The position numbers and the translations under genes were made by a program. Of a stretch of DNA of 64,000 nt, positions 34,906-44,572 are shown one piece after another. The first letter of the stretch is position 1; the number at the start of each line of letters is the position of its first letter. Location of the stretch: assembly GCA_040399745.1 (NCBI GenBank), contig JBBARP010000008.1, forward strand, positions 90,079 to 154,078, written 5' to 3'. The stretch is from Bdellovibrionia bacterium (GTDB taxonomy: Bacteria; Bdellovibrionota; UBA1018). The notes beneath the pieces are model-generated. The model saw only the letters and a program-made list of their open reading frames with translations, did not search any database and was not told the origin of the DNA.

Positions 34906-36754
34906 TCGCAATCCAGGCTTCAAAACGCGCCCAGAGTTCCTTCATAGAATTTTGATTGTCGGCGATCACTTCTTTTCCGTGCGCAATCGTGATGCGCGCG
35001 TCCAAGCTTCCGTCGGTCGGCGCCTGCGTTCGAGTCAGCGCCGTTTGTTGTTGAGCGTTGGCGTAAGTCCAGGCCTGCTCGATCGTGCGGTTACACACTC
35101 GCGCTAGTTCTCGGCCCGACAGCTTTTGCCCAGTCAGAGCTTGAAGCATTTCGGAATGAGTGACGCGGTTTCCGGGCTCCCAGGCCGCCTTTGCCAGTTC
35201 AGGGCCGATCTTGGGGTTGTCAGTCAGGTAGCCATCGCGGTTCAGGAAGTGGCCTCGCACCTGATAGACGGCCATGTGGGCGAGTAAGTAGCCTTGATAA
35301 GAGCAAGAAGAGGAATCGCTCAAAAGGTGAGGAATGGAGAGGGTCGGACGCGGGTGAGCTTCCACTCCCAGGATTTCCTTCTCCACTTTACGAGCCAGCC
35401 GGATCACCGCTTCAGGAGTGCGCTCGGAATCGTTCATTCCGTAAAGTGCGCGCTCAAAAACGGGGACGAGCAGAATGCCGCGTTCGCCGTAGGCCATGAA
35501 AGGCTGGCCTGCTTCGATCCGTTTTTTGATGAGCTCAGCCGGCACGCTCTCGCCGGATTCGGATTTCGCATAAAGCGTCATCCAGTCGGCATCACTGATC
35601 AGGGAATCAAAGAACATGGACTGGGTTTCCGCTTGGGCCATGCTCATGGGCGGGAACTCATGAGCAAAGCAGGGGGATGCTTGCGCGATATTGGCGAAGT
35701 GCGCTGCGTGCCCGCCTTCGTGAAACAGCGTGATCAGCGCAGTGCGCCCGCTTCCCACCTGCGATGGGGTGGCGTTCGAAGTGAAGTTCACGCGCGCGGG
35801 CTGCCAGCGGCCTGATTCGTCAAAGTACGAGGGCCCAGGACCATGCATGAAGCCGTTCTCGTATTTCCCTTTTCGGTCGAGCAAATCGAGCGTCAGTTCT
35901 GCGTTCCGATAGGTGACCCCCATTCGGGCAAACGAAGCGCACCAGCGTTCCAGAGCTTTCGAGAAGGGGAAGTAAGGCGAGAGTGCCGTGTCGGCGTCGC
36001 CTGCGATGCTGAATCGCAGATTGTGCGGCTGGATGGCGGCAGGCCCTTTTTGTTTCTTCAGCTCTTGGAGCGATTCAAAGCAGCGATCGCGGGTCAGTGC
36101 TTCGAACTCGTCTAAGATACTGAAAAGTTCGCTGACACTGAGGTGTTCGTTTCGCTTCACTTTATAAGCGAAAAAATCGGGGTATCCCAATTCGCGCGCA
36201 AACGCGTTTCGTCGCGCGACGAGTTCTAGGTAGCCCGTCTTTTCGACAATGAATTTTTCGAGTTGAAGGAGTGCGTCGTGTGACCGCTTCCTGAGGGCTT
36301 CGTCTGGGGAAGTGGCCAGGTTTTGAGAAAGGACGTTGATGGTCGTGTCGACTTCCTGGCCGCTTGCGTCCACGTAGCGGGGCGGGTTTTTGGCTCGAGC
36401 CTGGAAAACTTGGGATTCAAACTCGATCAGCTCGCTTTGCAGCTTTCTTGCCTTTTCGGATTCGATCGTCAGAAACGAGAAGTGCCGCTCCCAGCCCTTG
36501 AGAACGGTTTCCTCGCGCTCTTGCTCTGCCGTTGAAAGCTTGGCTTTTCTTGCCTGATACGCTTCCAGGGCAGAACGGACTTCAGTCAGGCGCTCGGGGT
36601 TGCTTTGCCAGTCCTGAAGCGCTTTTTCAGCCGCTTCGAGTTTTGGCGCGTCCTTGGATTCGCCCATGTAAGTCGACCAAAACAGGTCTTCTTTCGTAGT
36701 CAGAAGGTGAAGAAACTCACGATCCAAGTCGGCGCTGGTCTTTGGGGCGTTCAT
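34886..36754 (-). CDS. M3-family oligopeptidase
   Basis: RKGKYENGF, LFHEGGHAAHF, AETQSMF motifs. Confidence 0.85.
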   Translation of the reverse strand: MNAPKTSADLDREFLHLLTTKEDLFWSTYMGESKDAPKLEAAEKALQDWQSNPERLTEVRSALEAYQARKAKLSTAEQEREETVLKGWERHFSFLTIESEKARKLQSELIEFESQVFQARAKNPPRYVDASGQEVDTTINVLSQNLATSPDEALRKRSHDALLQLEKFIVEKTGYLELVARRNAFARELGYPDFFAYKVKRNEHLSVSELFSILDEFEALTRDRCFESLQELKKQKGPAAIQPHNLRFSIAGDADTALSPYFPFSKALERWCASFARMGVTYRNAELTLDLLDRKGKYENGFMHGPGPSYFDESGRWQPARVNFTSNATPSQVGSGRTALITLFHEGGHAAHFANIAQASPCFAHEFPPMSMAQAETQSMFFDSLISDADWMTLYAKSESGESVPAELIKKRIEAGQPFMAYGERGILLVPVFERALYGMNDSERTPEAVIRLARKVEKEILGVEAHPRPTLSIPHLLSDSSSCSYQGYLLAHMAVYQVRGHFLNRDGYLTDNPKIGPELAKAAWEPGNRVTHSEMLQALTGQKLSGRELARVCNRTIEQAWTYANAQQQTALTRTQAPTDGSLDARITIAHGKEVIADNQNSMKELWARFEAWIANAAHSS

Positions 36755-36767
36755 GGCGCCCCTGATA

Positions 36768-37748
36768 TCACATTCGAGCCTGAAGGCAGGCTTTTCCAAA
36801 ACGCTCCATCAGGACGCCGGCCGGCTCGATCGTTTCGATGCCTTCGACGCTTTTTCCCGCCTGCCAGTAGTCCTGGTAGCCCAGGCCCTGACTACTGGCT
36901 GCTTTCAGTTGGCGAAGCGAGTTCAGGCTGTACCAAAGGCGTGCCCAGTGTTTGAGCCTCTGATTTTTCAGCATCCAGCGCGCCAGCCACCCAGCCTGGG
37001 TCCCGGTCTTTTTCACAAAAGGCGTTTCGATGATGGCCACCGGGACGCCTGTCAGGCGTTCTGTCAGGACAATATCCTGGGCCCGGGCCTTGAGAATGGC
37101 CGCTTTGTAATCGGGATGCGCGGAGCATTCCTCGGCCGCAATGAATCGCGTGCCCAGCTGAACGCCCGCGTAGCCCAGGCGAATCATCCGGGCAGCGGTT
37201 TCTGGATCACCCACGCCGCCTGCACAAATCAGGGGAACGCCTAGGTCCTTCAGTTCCTCATAAAGCGCCTCGGGCGATCGGGTGCCGGCGTGGCCGCCCG
37301 CATTCGCGTTCACGCAGATCAATCCGTCCACTCCAGCTTGGAGAGCTTTTTCGGCCCATTTCCGCTCGGTCACGTCATGAAAAACAAGGGCGCCGTGAGG
37401 CTTTGCCTTCTCGACAATCCAGCGGGGATTTCCCAGCGCCGTAACAAAAAAGCGGCAGCCTTCTTCGAGAGCAATGTCCACCCACTGGCTCATTCGCTCT
37501 AAGTAAAGTTTGGAGCTTTGCTCGGTCAGCACGTTCATTCCAAAGGGGAGCTTTGAGTCGCCGCGAATTTTCTTCAAAGCTTCGCGAAAATCCATCTTGT
37601 GGGCATAGACCAAGGACAGCGGCTGAACGATTCCGATGCCCCCGCCTTGGCTGGCGGCTGCCACCAGTTCCCAGTTACTGCAGGGATACATCGCACCGCA
37701 AATCACGGGGTACTGAATACCAAGCCGGGCTTCGAGGGGAGTGCTCAT
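36768..37748 (-). CDS. Nitronate monooxygenase / FabK-like flavin-dependent oxidoreductase
   Basis: YPVICGAM, AGGHAG, AGGVG, GVQLGTRFIA motifs. Confidence 0.88.
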   Translation of the reverse strand: MSTPLEARLGIQYPVICGAMYPCSNWELVAAASQGGGIGIVQPLSLVYAHKMDFREALKKIRGDSKLPFGMNVLTEQSSKLYLERMSQWVDIALEEGCRFFVTALGNPRWIVEKAKPHGALVFHDVTERKWAEKALQAGVDGLICVNANAGGHAGTRSPEALYEELKDLGVPLICAGGVGDPETAARMIRLGYAGVQLGTRFIAAEECSAHPDYKAAILKARAQDIVLTERLTGVPVAIIETPFVKKTGTQAGWLARWMLKNQRLKHWARLWYSLNSLRQLKAASSQGLGYQDYWQAGKSVEGIETIEPAGVLMERFGKACLQARM

Positions 37749-37796
37749 CTAAGAAGAGTACCATGCGTCAGCAGGCCTGTGGTAACGAGCCTCACG

Positions 37797-38468
37797 ATGC
37801 CGCGCGTAGGTTCCCGCCACCGTTGTCCCGAGTGCCTGATGAGCGGGCTTCTTTGCCTGTGCGACGATCTTCCGAAAGTTCCCCTCCGGCGCACCCGGGT
37901 CATCGTCTTGATGCACTATTTGGAACTGAAGACTTCGACCAACACGGCGCGAATCGCGAACCTGATGTTGCCCGAAAGCGAAGTGCGCCTGAGAGGGCGT
38001 CCCGGTCAACCGCTGGAAGAGCAGGGCTTAGTCGTGCCCGAGCGGCGATCGCTTTTCCTGTTTCCTTCGCCTCAGTCGCGCGTGTTGGATGTCGACTTCT
38101 TGCGTGAACTGAGTTCAGAGCCGGTGAACTTGATTGTTCCCGACGGCAGTTGGCGTCAGGCACAGAAAGTAGCCCAGCGAGTTCCTGCGCTCGCGGGCGT
38201 TCAGCACGTTCGCTTGGAGCCGGGGCCCCCTTCAGAATATCAGCTTCGCGCTGAGCCGAATCCCGAAGCGGTTTGTACGCTCGAGGCCATTGCGCGAGCT
38301 CTCGGGGTTCTTGAGGGGCAAGCCGTGCGCGATTCGATGGAGCACTGGTTTCGCGTCATGGTCGAGCGCACTTTGTGGAGTCGCGGAAAGCTTAAGGATA
38401 CGGAAGCGCCGAACGTACCGGACGAGGCAAAGTTCGCTCGGCGGCGCTCGGGGGCTTCGTCAGGCTGA
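37797..38468 (+). CDS. DTW-domain tRNA-uridine aminocarboxypropyltransferase (TapT/YfiP-like)
   Basis: N-terminal CxxC..CxC, TSTNTAR, LFP, DGSW, LR..CTLEA motifs; start set at ATG 37797. Confidence 0.85.
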   Translation: MPRVGSRHRCPECLMSGLLCLCDDLPKVPLRRTRVIVLMHYLELKTSTNTARIANLMLPESEVRLRGRPGQPLEEQGLVVPERRSLFLFPSPQSRVLDVDFLRELSSEPVNLIVPDGSWRQAQKVAQRVPALAGVQHVRLEPGPPSEYQLRAEPNPEAVCTLEAIARALGVLEGQAVRDSMEHWFRVMVERTLWSRGKLKDTEAPNVPDEAKFARRRSGASSG

Positions 38469-38961
38469 CGCCAAACTGGGTATTTCCCCATTTTCCCGAG
38501 CAATCGCCGACTGGAAAGGGAGTGACCTCGTGCGCTTGATCGTAGCGTGAGCACTCGGAAATCAGGCCCGCTTGTTGGTGAGAAATTCGAATGCGCGTGA
38601 CGACAGAGTCCTGAAAAGGCTTGTCGGGCTGCGGGCGTTTTCTAGCCCAGGAAAAATTTAGGTGAACCGTCCAAGGGCCATTGTGAAAGGCTTGGGTCGT
38701 TGTTCCGGGGCGTTCCGGTGATTCAGGCGGGGTCAGTAGAAAGCCCGCTTCCCAGAAAATCCCCATCGTCTCTTTGGGTCTACAGTCGGGCGGCAGGCAT
38801 TCGGGCCGCTGCCAAAGCGAAAGAGTTCCGCGCAAGCTCAGGAAGTTGCTGGGCTCAGAAAGTTGTTGCGGCGGAAAAGTCATCGACGAAAACAAAAGAA
38901 AGGCGCAGGCGGAGAAGGTGAGCCAGATGGCCCCCTTCTGAAGGCGTCGTCTTCTGATCAT
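38392..38961 (-). CDS. Hypothetical exported protein with paired cysteines
   Basis: Basic N-terminus plus hydrophobic segment; CLPPDC and ECSRYD..GDCSG; 3' end overlaps the DTW gene. Confidence 0.5.
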   Translation of the reverse strand: MIRRRRLQKGAIWLTFSACAFLLFSSMTFPPQQLSEPSNFLSLRGTLSLWQRPECLPPDCRPKETMGIFWEAGFLLTPPESPERPGTTTQAFHNGPWTVHLNFSWARKRPQPDKPFQDSVVTRIRISHQQAGLISECSRYDQAHEVTPFPVGDCSGKWGNTQFGVSLTKPPSAAERTLPRPVRSALPYP

Positions 38962-39017
38962 GAGTCCGGGGGTGTAGCGACGATGATCTCTTGCGGCAAG
39001 CGGAATCGTTGCGGCTT

Positions 39018-39428
39018 TCAGTCCCTTGAATCGGTGGGGGTCTCAGTCGATTCCGTCGGGCCGGGAGTCGCGGCGAGCACGTAGCCCATCCACGCTAAAT
39101 TTTCTGGCGAGTCGCACGCCAAATCCCAAGGCGTGTTGCCCTCAAAAGTGGAATTAGGGCGCGTCAGCCACCGCACCTGATCTTGCGATTCGGGGTAATG
39201 GAGACGAATTTTCCGATGAATCGTAATCAGTGCCGGCGCCTGTCTCAGAGCGCGAGGCAACGGTCCGGAAGGATTTGCGCGCGCCTGAGCAAGGCCTTCA
39301 CTCAGCTCCTCAGTCGAAACGTGGAGGAGCTTTCCGAGTTGTTCAGTGGAAAGCTGCCAATCGATCTGAAGCGCGGCGAGTGACTCCACAACCCCAGCTT
39401 CTGAGGTGATTTCTTTTTCCATGGTCAT
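39018..39428 (-). CDS. Xre/MbcA/ParS-type antitoxin-like protein
   Basis: WQLSTEQLGKLL HTH-like part and VRWLTRPNSTFEGNTPWDL, typical of the MbcA/ParS C-terminal domain. Confidence 0.7.
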   Translation of the reverse strand: MTMEKEITSEAGVVESLAALQIDWQLSTEQLGKLLHVSTEELSEGLAQARANPSGPLPRALRQAPALITIHRKIRLHYPESQDQVRWLTRPNSTFEGNTPWDLACDSPENLAWMGYVLAATPGPTESTETPTDSRD

Positions 39429-39527
39429 GGCGCTAGGGGAATACCACCCGGAGGGGGCTCGGCCCAAGTCCTATATTGCTAGGCGTCAATTGCTTTGATA
39501 GCCCTTCTCCCCGGGGGAAATCGATCG

Positions 39528-40913
39528 ATGGGGCGGTGGAAACTCAGTCTGACTTTAGGGGCTTTTTGGCTCTTTTTGGTCTCCTTTGCGGAGGCTAGAG
39601 TAAGCCAGGTTTCTTTGAGCGAGCTGGGCCCTGAGCTCTGTCAGTCTCCGTGGGAAACCGTTTGCGAAGCTCCCATTCGCCCTCGTACCCCGGGGCGATC
39701 GATTGCCGAGATCAAAGACGAGGTCAGGCGAAAGGTCTTGAAGCGCATTCAGTGGCCCGCGGCTCAAGGGGGCTGCGCTGTGAAAGCGAGTGCGGAGTTG
39801 GTGTCGCGCTACCGCGGGACCGGGCACAGCGACGAGGAGACTCTGTTTCTTGCCCTCATGGACGTCGTGCACACGCGAGGTCAGGAAGGCGCTTTGTTTT
39901 GTCTAGCGCGGGTGGCGGAATCGGAAGTGTTTCGCGCTCTGGGGCCTGACTGGAATCCCGCTCGGATTCAGAAAATTTACGCTCAAGTCCGCGAGAGTTT
40001 GCAAGCTGAAGTCCTGGCCGAACTTGCCGGAAAAGGGAAAGTTGACCTGGGCGTCGAGATGTCGGCAGTCCTCGGAAAAACGCAGCTCGTGCTGGCCTCG
40101 GGCTTGCGTGAGTTAGTGCTTCTCAATTCTCCTCAAGTGCCTGGAGCGCGCTCTGATTTTTCGGCGCTCATGGCGTATTCGAACGAAACGCGCGGAATTT
40201 GCGGAACTGAGTTTTTGGATCGGAACCTCTCGGCCAGTTCCTCGGGCTATTACGAAGAGCGCACCGGTGTGCCGATTCATACCGGGCTCTTTGCTGTCGT
40301 AGGTTGCCCTGGCCAGTGGCTGGAACTTGCCGACCCCAGGTACCTGGACCACGCCGAAGCGCGCTTGGCCCAAGTGCTTGGGCATGAGCTTGGGCATTTG
40401 ATTCACGTCTCGCGAAATCGGCCGGCTCTCGGTGTGGTTGAGTTGAAGCCGGATGGAGCTCGCGTTCCCATGACCTTTAACGCCACTCCTGCCTACGAAG
40501 AGTACCTTCGCTGTGCGAACGAAAACTATGCGCACGTGATGCCCGAGGTCACTCGCGTCGCAGGCGGAAATTTCCGGCAAAAACGCTTGGGCCTGGCCCT
40601 GGGGCATGAACCCACTTCGGTGGAACTCAGGGCCGATGAACTCGTGGCCGATGAGTGGGGGAATCGCGTCTTGGCGCGGGTTCTTGAAAAATCTGGCAGT
40701 GAGGCGCGGCCCAATCTAGTTCGCGCGGCTCTCGAGCGGCTTTGTAAGGACACTTATGGCGCGCCTTATGAAGAGTTCGGAGAAGAGCATCCTTCCGGGC
40801 GTTTTCGCGTGGAGCAAGCGCTGAGGAATCCTCGCATTCGCAGGGCTCTGAGCTGCGAAGGTGAGACACCCGGGAATGTGCAACATCCTGCGCTTCCTTA
40901 CTGCGCACTCTGA
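39528..40913 (+). CDS. Secreted zinc metallopeptidase-like protein (M13-like motif order)
   Basis: Signal peptide ending AEA; GHELGH, ELVAD, HPSGRFRV; start set at ATG 39528. Confidence 0.6.
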   Translation: MGRWKLSLTLGAFWLFLVSFAEARVSQVSLSELGPELCQSPWETVCEAPIRPRTPGRSIAEIKDEVRRKVLKRIQWPAAQGGCAVKASAELVSRYRGTGHSDEETLFLALMDVVHTRGQEGALFCLARVAESEVFRALGPDWNPARIQKIYAQVRESLQAEVLAELAGKGKVDLGVEMSAVLGKTQLVLASGLRELVLLNSPQVPGARSDFSALMAYSNETRGICGTEFLDRNLSASSSGYYEERTGVPIHTGLFAVVGCPGQWLELADPRYLDHAEARLAQVLGHELGHLIHVSRNRPALGVVELKPDGARVPMTFNATPAYEEYLRCANENYAHVMPEVTRVAGGNFRQKRLGLALGHEPTSVELRADELVADEWGNRVLARVLEKSGSEARPNLVRAALERLCKDTYGAPYEEFGEEHPSGRFRVEQALRNPRIRRALSCEGETPGNVQHPALPYCAL

Positions 40914-40931
40914 CGGTAGGCTCCTTCCCAC

Positions 40932-41597
40932 ATGTCGACACTTCTCTCGTCGCTTCTAGATTCGGTTCGTTCGCTTCACACTGCCGAAGGCATCTCCTCG
41001 CTCATTCAGACCGGGGGGCTTCTAGCTCTGGTGGGAATCATCTTTGCCGAGACCGGTCTTTTGGTGGGGTTTTTCCTGCCCGGCGATTCGCTTCTCATTA
41101 CGGCAGGAGTGCTTGCGAACCCCGCCAATCCGAATCATGTGGCAGCGCTCGATATTGGCGTGCTCAACGGAATTCTCATGGTTGCCGCGATCGTGGGCGA
41201 TCAAGTGGGTTTTTTTCTGGGCACTCGCGCAGGCGCCTCGATTTGGAATCGGCCTGATTCCCGGTTTTACAAACGAAAGCACCTAGAAGCCGCTCATGAA
41301 TTTTACGAGCGCTACGGGGGGTTTTCAGTCGTGGCTGCCCGCTACGTGCCCATCGTCCGCACCTTCGTTCCTTTTGTCGCAGGCGTTGCCCGCATGCCTT
41401 ACCGGAACTTTGTGTTCTGGAACATCGGCGGGGGAATCCTCTGGGTGACGTCCCTTCTTTGGGTGGGCTATTACTTGGGACAAACGTCACTCGCCAATCG
41501 CTTGGATAAGATCATTGTCGTGGTGGTGCTGGTGTCGGTACTGCCGATGGTGGTGGGAATCCTGAAAAAGTGGATGAAGCGAAGTCCTGCCGTCTAG
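40932..41597 (+). CDS. DedA family membrane protein
   Basis: FAETGLLVGFFLPGDSLL, ARYVPIVRTF motifs. Confidence 0.92.
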   Translation: MSTLLSSLLDSVRSLHTAEGISSLIQTGGLLALVGIIFAETGLLVGFFLPGDSLLITAGVLANPANPNHVAALDIGVLNGILMVAAIVGDQVGFFLGTRAGASIWNRPDSRFYKRKHLEAAHEFYERYGGFSVVAARYVPIVRTFVPFVAGVARMPYRNFVFWNIGGGILWVTSLLWVGYYLGQTSLANRLDKIIVVVVLVSVLPMVVGILKKWMKRSPAV

Positions 41598-41655
41598 GGT
41601 CTAACGACGCTCTGCGAATTGACGCCTGAACGGAATCCGTTACTCTTTTGAGAGG

Positions 41656-41826
41656 ATGATTCACATTCGTTGGCGCTACTCGCTTCTTTTTGTCTTGGCT
41701 TTGGCAGGTTCCGTGACCGGCATTCAAAGTTGCAGCGATCGTGCAGGCGGTCTCAGGGACGTGGCTTCGGTTCCCGCTTCTTCTGAAGCTCCCGTTACTT
41801 CCAGCGAAACAGCGCAGCCCCGCTGA
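41656..41826 (+). CDS. Small 56-aa putative lipoprotein (absent from ORF track)
   Basis: MIHIRWRYSLLFVLALAGSVTGIQSC-SDRAGGLRDVASVPASSEAPVTSSETAQPR; preceded by TTGACG-16-TACTCT. Confidence 0.5.
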   Translation: MIHIRWRYSLLFVLALAGSVTGIQSCSDRAGGLRDVASVPASSEAPVTSSETAQPR

Positions 41827-42799
41827 CCAGGAATACGGTGCCCAGGATCAGCAAGGTCGCCACCTGCGGCTGAACCTGCGAAAGCGTTGCGCCTTCGGTC
41901 ATGATCAGGCGCGAGGCCTCAATCACTGGGGTGAGGGGGAAAGCGGAGGCCACCTTTTTCAGCCAGGGTGCTGCGCCTTCGAGCGAGAACCAAACGCCTG
42001 ACAAAAAGATCATGGGCCAGGTCAGGACGTTCAGTAAGCCGCCTGCAAATTCTTCGCTCGAAATACGAGCCGCAACGAGGAGCCCCAAGGAAGTCAGGCA
42101 ATAGGCCCCCGACATCAAGACGACGGCCAAGTGCCAGTACGAGCCCAGCATCGTGAACTTCACGAGCGCGTGACACCCGGCGTAGACGACTGCAGAAGAC
42201 AGCCCGATGATGAAGAGGCGCGAGACCACTTGAGCGGACAAGAACTCAAAAGCGCCCACGGGAGTGGCTTTCAAGCGCTTGAGAACGCCGTTTTTCCGGT
42301 AGCGCACTAAAGTGTAGCCCACGCCAAAAAGGGCACTGAACATCATGTTCATGCCCAAGAGGCCTGAAATCAGCCAATCCACGTAGCGGATCTCTTTTCC
42401 GCTGACCGTACCGCGCTCGACTGGAGCGCCCGTTCCCCGAAGCAATTTCTCGAGCAGGTAACCTTTCGGAGAGGTCTCGTTGATCCAGTACCGAGGCGGC
42501 TGGCTTTCGGTGTCGAGCACTAAGTCGACTGCGTGGCGACGCAGTTTCGATAAGGATTCGTCAACGCTCGGAGCATCCACCCATTGCACGGTTTGGATGG
42601 CGTGAAATTCGCTCAGCGCCGTTTTCGGGGCGGGCGTGCCATGGATCATGGCTTTGAAAAGAATTTGGCTGTTGCTTCGAAACGCAAAACCAAAGCCCAA
42701 GATGACCAAAAACGGAAACACCAGACTCCAGCCCAAAACGCCTAAGTCTCGGTAGTACTCTTTGTTTCGTGCGCTGATCAGTAACCAGAAATGCTTCAT
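41795..42799 (-). CDS. ABC-2 type exporter permease
   Basis: Multi-TM, RKNGVLKRLKATP, FLSGVWF motifs. Confidence 0.9.
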   Translation of the reverse strand: MKHFWLLISARNKEYYRDLGVLGWSLVFPFLVILGFGFAFRSNSQILFKAMIHGTPAPKTALSEFHAIQTVQWVDAPSVDESLSKLRRHAVDLVLDTESQPPRYWINETSPKGYLLEKLLRGTGAPVERGTVSGKEIRYVDWLISGLLGMNMMFSALFGVGYTLVRYRKNGVLKRLKATPVGAFEFLSAQVVSRLFIIGLSSAVVYAGCHALVKFTMLGSYWHLAVVLMSGAYCLTSLGLLVAARISSEEFAGGLLNVLTWPMIFLSGVWFSLEGAAPWLKKVASAFPLTPVIEASRLIMTEGATLSQVQPQVATLLILGTVFLVSGAALFRWK

Positions 42800-43719
42800 G
42801 TACGGAGGTCCTTTCCCGTCAGTTCCAGGAACAAGTCTTCCAGGGTGCGGCTTCTGACTTTGATATGGTCCAGTGCCGCGCCCGAGGCCAACAAGGCTTG
42901 AAGAGTGGCATTCACGGAAGTGGATTGCACTTCGAGGCGTCCATCAAAAGTGCGCATTTTTCCGGGAAGCACAGCCGGTACTTCCCCGCGAGGGAAAGCA
43001 TCCAGCGGAAGTTCAATCACGTTGCCTTCGAAGTGATGCTTGAGCAGCACTTCAGGGGTGCCTTGAGCGACGATTCGCCCTCGGTCCATGATCGCGATTT
43101 CATCGCAAAGCTCGTGCGCTTCCTCCATGTAGTGAGTGGTGAGAAGAAGTGTTTTTCCGCGCGCGCGAACCGTGCGAACCAAGTCCCAAAAGTTTCGACG
43201 CGCTTGAGGGTCAAGACCTGTGGTGGGCTCGTCGAGGAAGATCAAATCCGGATCGCCCACTAAAGCCAAAGCCAAAAGGAGCCGTTGGCGTTGCCCCCCG
43301 GACAAGCGATCCGAGTCGCGATCGAGAAGCTCGCCGAGATGGCAAAGCGCGATGACTTCGTCGAGATCCATTCGGCGCGAGTAGAGGCTTTGGAAGAGCT
43401 TCAGCACTTCGCGCACTTTCAAGTAATCGGGGAGTGCCGTGCTTTGAAACTGGATGCCCGTGCGTTCTCGGTAACGCGCCATGGAAGCGCTTCTGGGGCC
43501 GCCGAGTTTTTCTCCCTGAAACCAGATCTCGCCGTCAGTGGGATCTTGAATCCCTTCCAAGATTTCGATCGTGGTGGTTTTGCCGGCGCCGTTCGGTCCA
43601 AGAAGGCCCAAGCACCGTCCCGCTTGAAGCTTCAGGTCCACGCCGTCGACCGCTTGAATTCGGTTTCGTGACTGGATGAAGTGTTTCTTCAGGTTTTTCG
43701 CTTCTAAGATCGGCGTCAT
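42796..43719 (-). CDS. ABC exporter ATP-binding protein
   Basis: GPNGAGKT, LSGGQ, FLDEPTTGLD, TTHYMEEA; start set at ATG 43719. Confidence 0.93.
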   Translation of the reverse strand: MTPILEAKNLKKHFIQSRNRIQAVDGVDLKLQAGRCLGLLGPNGAGKTTTIEILEGIQDPTDGEIWFQGEKLGGPRSASMARYRERTGIQFQSTALPDYLKVREVLKLFQSLYSRRMDLDEVIALCHLGELLDRDSDRLSGGQRQRLLLALALVGDPDLIFLDEPTTGLDPQARRNFWDLVRTVRARGKTLLLTTHYMEEAHELCDEIAIMDRGRIVAQGTPEVLLKHHFEGNVIELPLDAFPRGEVPAVLPGKMRTFDGRLEVQSTSVNATLQALLASGAALDHIKVRSRTLEDLFLELTGKDLRT

Positions 43720-43757
43720 GGCTTGGCAGTATGGCACAAAACCGCTAGGCAGGGGGC

Positions 43758-44504
43758 ATGCTTCACTATCAATCCCTTTTTGTAGTTTGCGCGATGCCCG
43801 AAGAACTCGCGGCAGCCGAACGGGTTCTCGTTCAGGCAGGCGCGAGGCGAGAATCCAAAGAGTGGCCGCTTGGGGTGGAAGCTCGGCAATTTCAGCTTTC
43901 CGGAGGGCGCAGTCTGACGCTTCTTCAAAGCGGAGTGGGCTTGGTGAACGCTGCTGTGACGCTTGGAGTGGGGTTTTCGCAAACGCGGCCCGAAGGCGTT
44001 GTTCTACTCGGTGTTGGCGGAGCTCTTCAGCCCGAGCTCGAAGTGGGTGAGGCACTGGTGGTTTCTCGAGTGCTTCAGCACGATTCGGTCTCCTCGATGG
44101 AGTGCGGTATTTATCCCATGTCGCCAGGGACTTTTTTCCCGGACCGCGCATCAGTCGAAGGGCATGAGCCATCGTTTGTGACCGATCCCGGAATCACGAG
44201 TTGGCTTGAGCAGGCTCTGGATGCAGGAGCGCGCCGCGGAACCCTCATTTCCGGGAGTGAGTTTGTCGGCGCGGTCGAAAGAAAGCGCGCTCTCGGGAAA
44301 CTGGCTCCGGATGCATGGCTCGTCGACATGGAGGGTGCTGCCGTGGCCCAAGTGGCTGTGCGTGCGGGTGTTCCATTCGGAGTTCTCAAGACCGTTGCGG
44401 ATCGTTTGAGTCCGGATGGCTCGATTGGGCACGACTTTGTTCGGACCTTGGATGCGGCTGCCCAGTCGGCTGCTCGGGTGCTGGAAAAATTTGTGGCGGG
44501 CTAA
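43758..44504 (+). CDS. mtnN: 5'-methylthioadenosine/S-adenosylhomocysteine nucleosidase
   Basis: AMPEE, SGVGLVNAA, GVGGAL, DMEGAAVAQV, KTVAD motifs. Confidence 0.82.
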   Translation: MLHYQSLFVVCAMPEELAAAERVLVQAGARRESKEWPLGVEARQFQLSGGRSLTLLQSGVGLVNAAVTLGVGFSQTRPEGVVLLGVGGALQPELEVGEALVVSRVLQHDSVSSMECGIYPMSPGTFFPDRASVEGHEPSFVTDPGITSWLEQALDAGARRGTLISGSEFVGAVERKRALGKLAPDAWLVDMEGAAVAQVAVRAGVPFGVLKTVADRLSPDGSIGHDFVRTLDAAAQSAARVLEKFVAG

Positions 44505-44572
44505 GGCCCCCCAGCCCGCCCGCCACGGTCGTACTGCCTCCCCCGAGGCTGAAACGACAATCGTCTCGCGAC

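Noticed and set aside
43732-43746. TGGCAC sigma54-like sites here and near 45149 and 5150
   Set aside because: The -12 GC is absent or out of register
42796-44172. 458-aa ABC ATPase with long N-terminal extension
   Set aside because: The extension is the antisense of mtnN; the real start is probably ATG 43719
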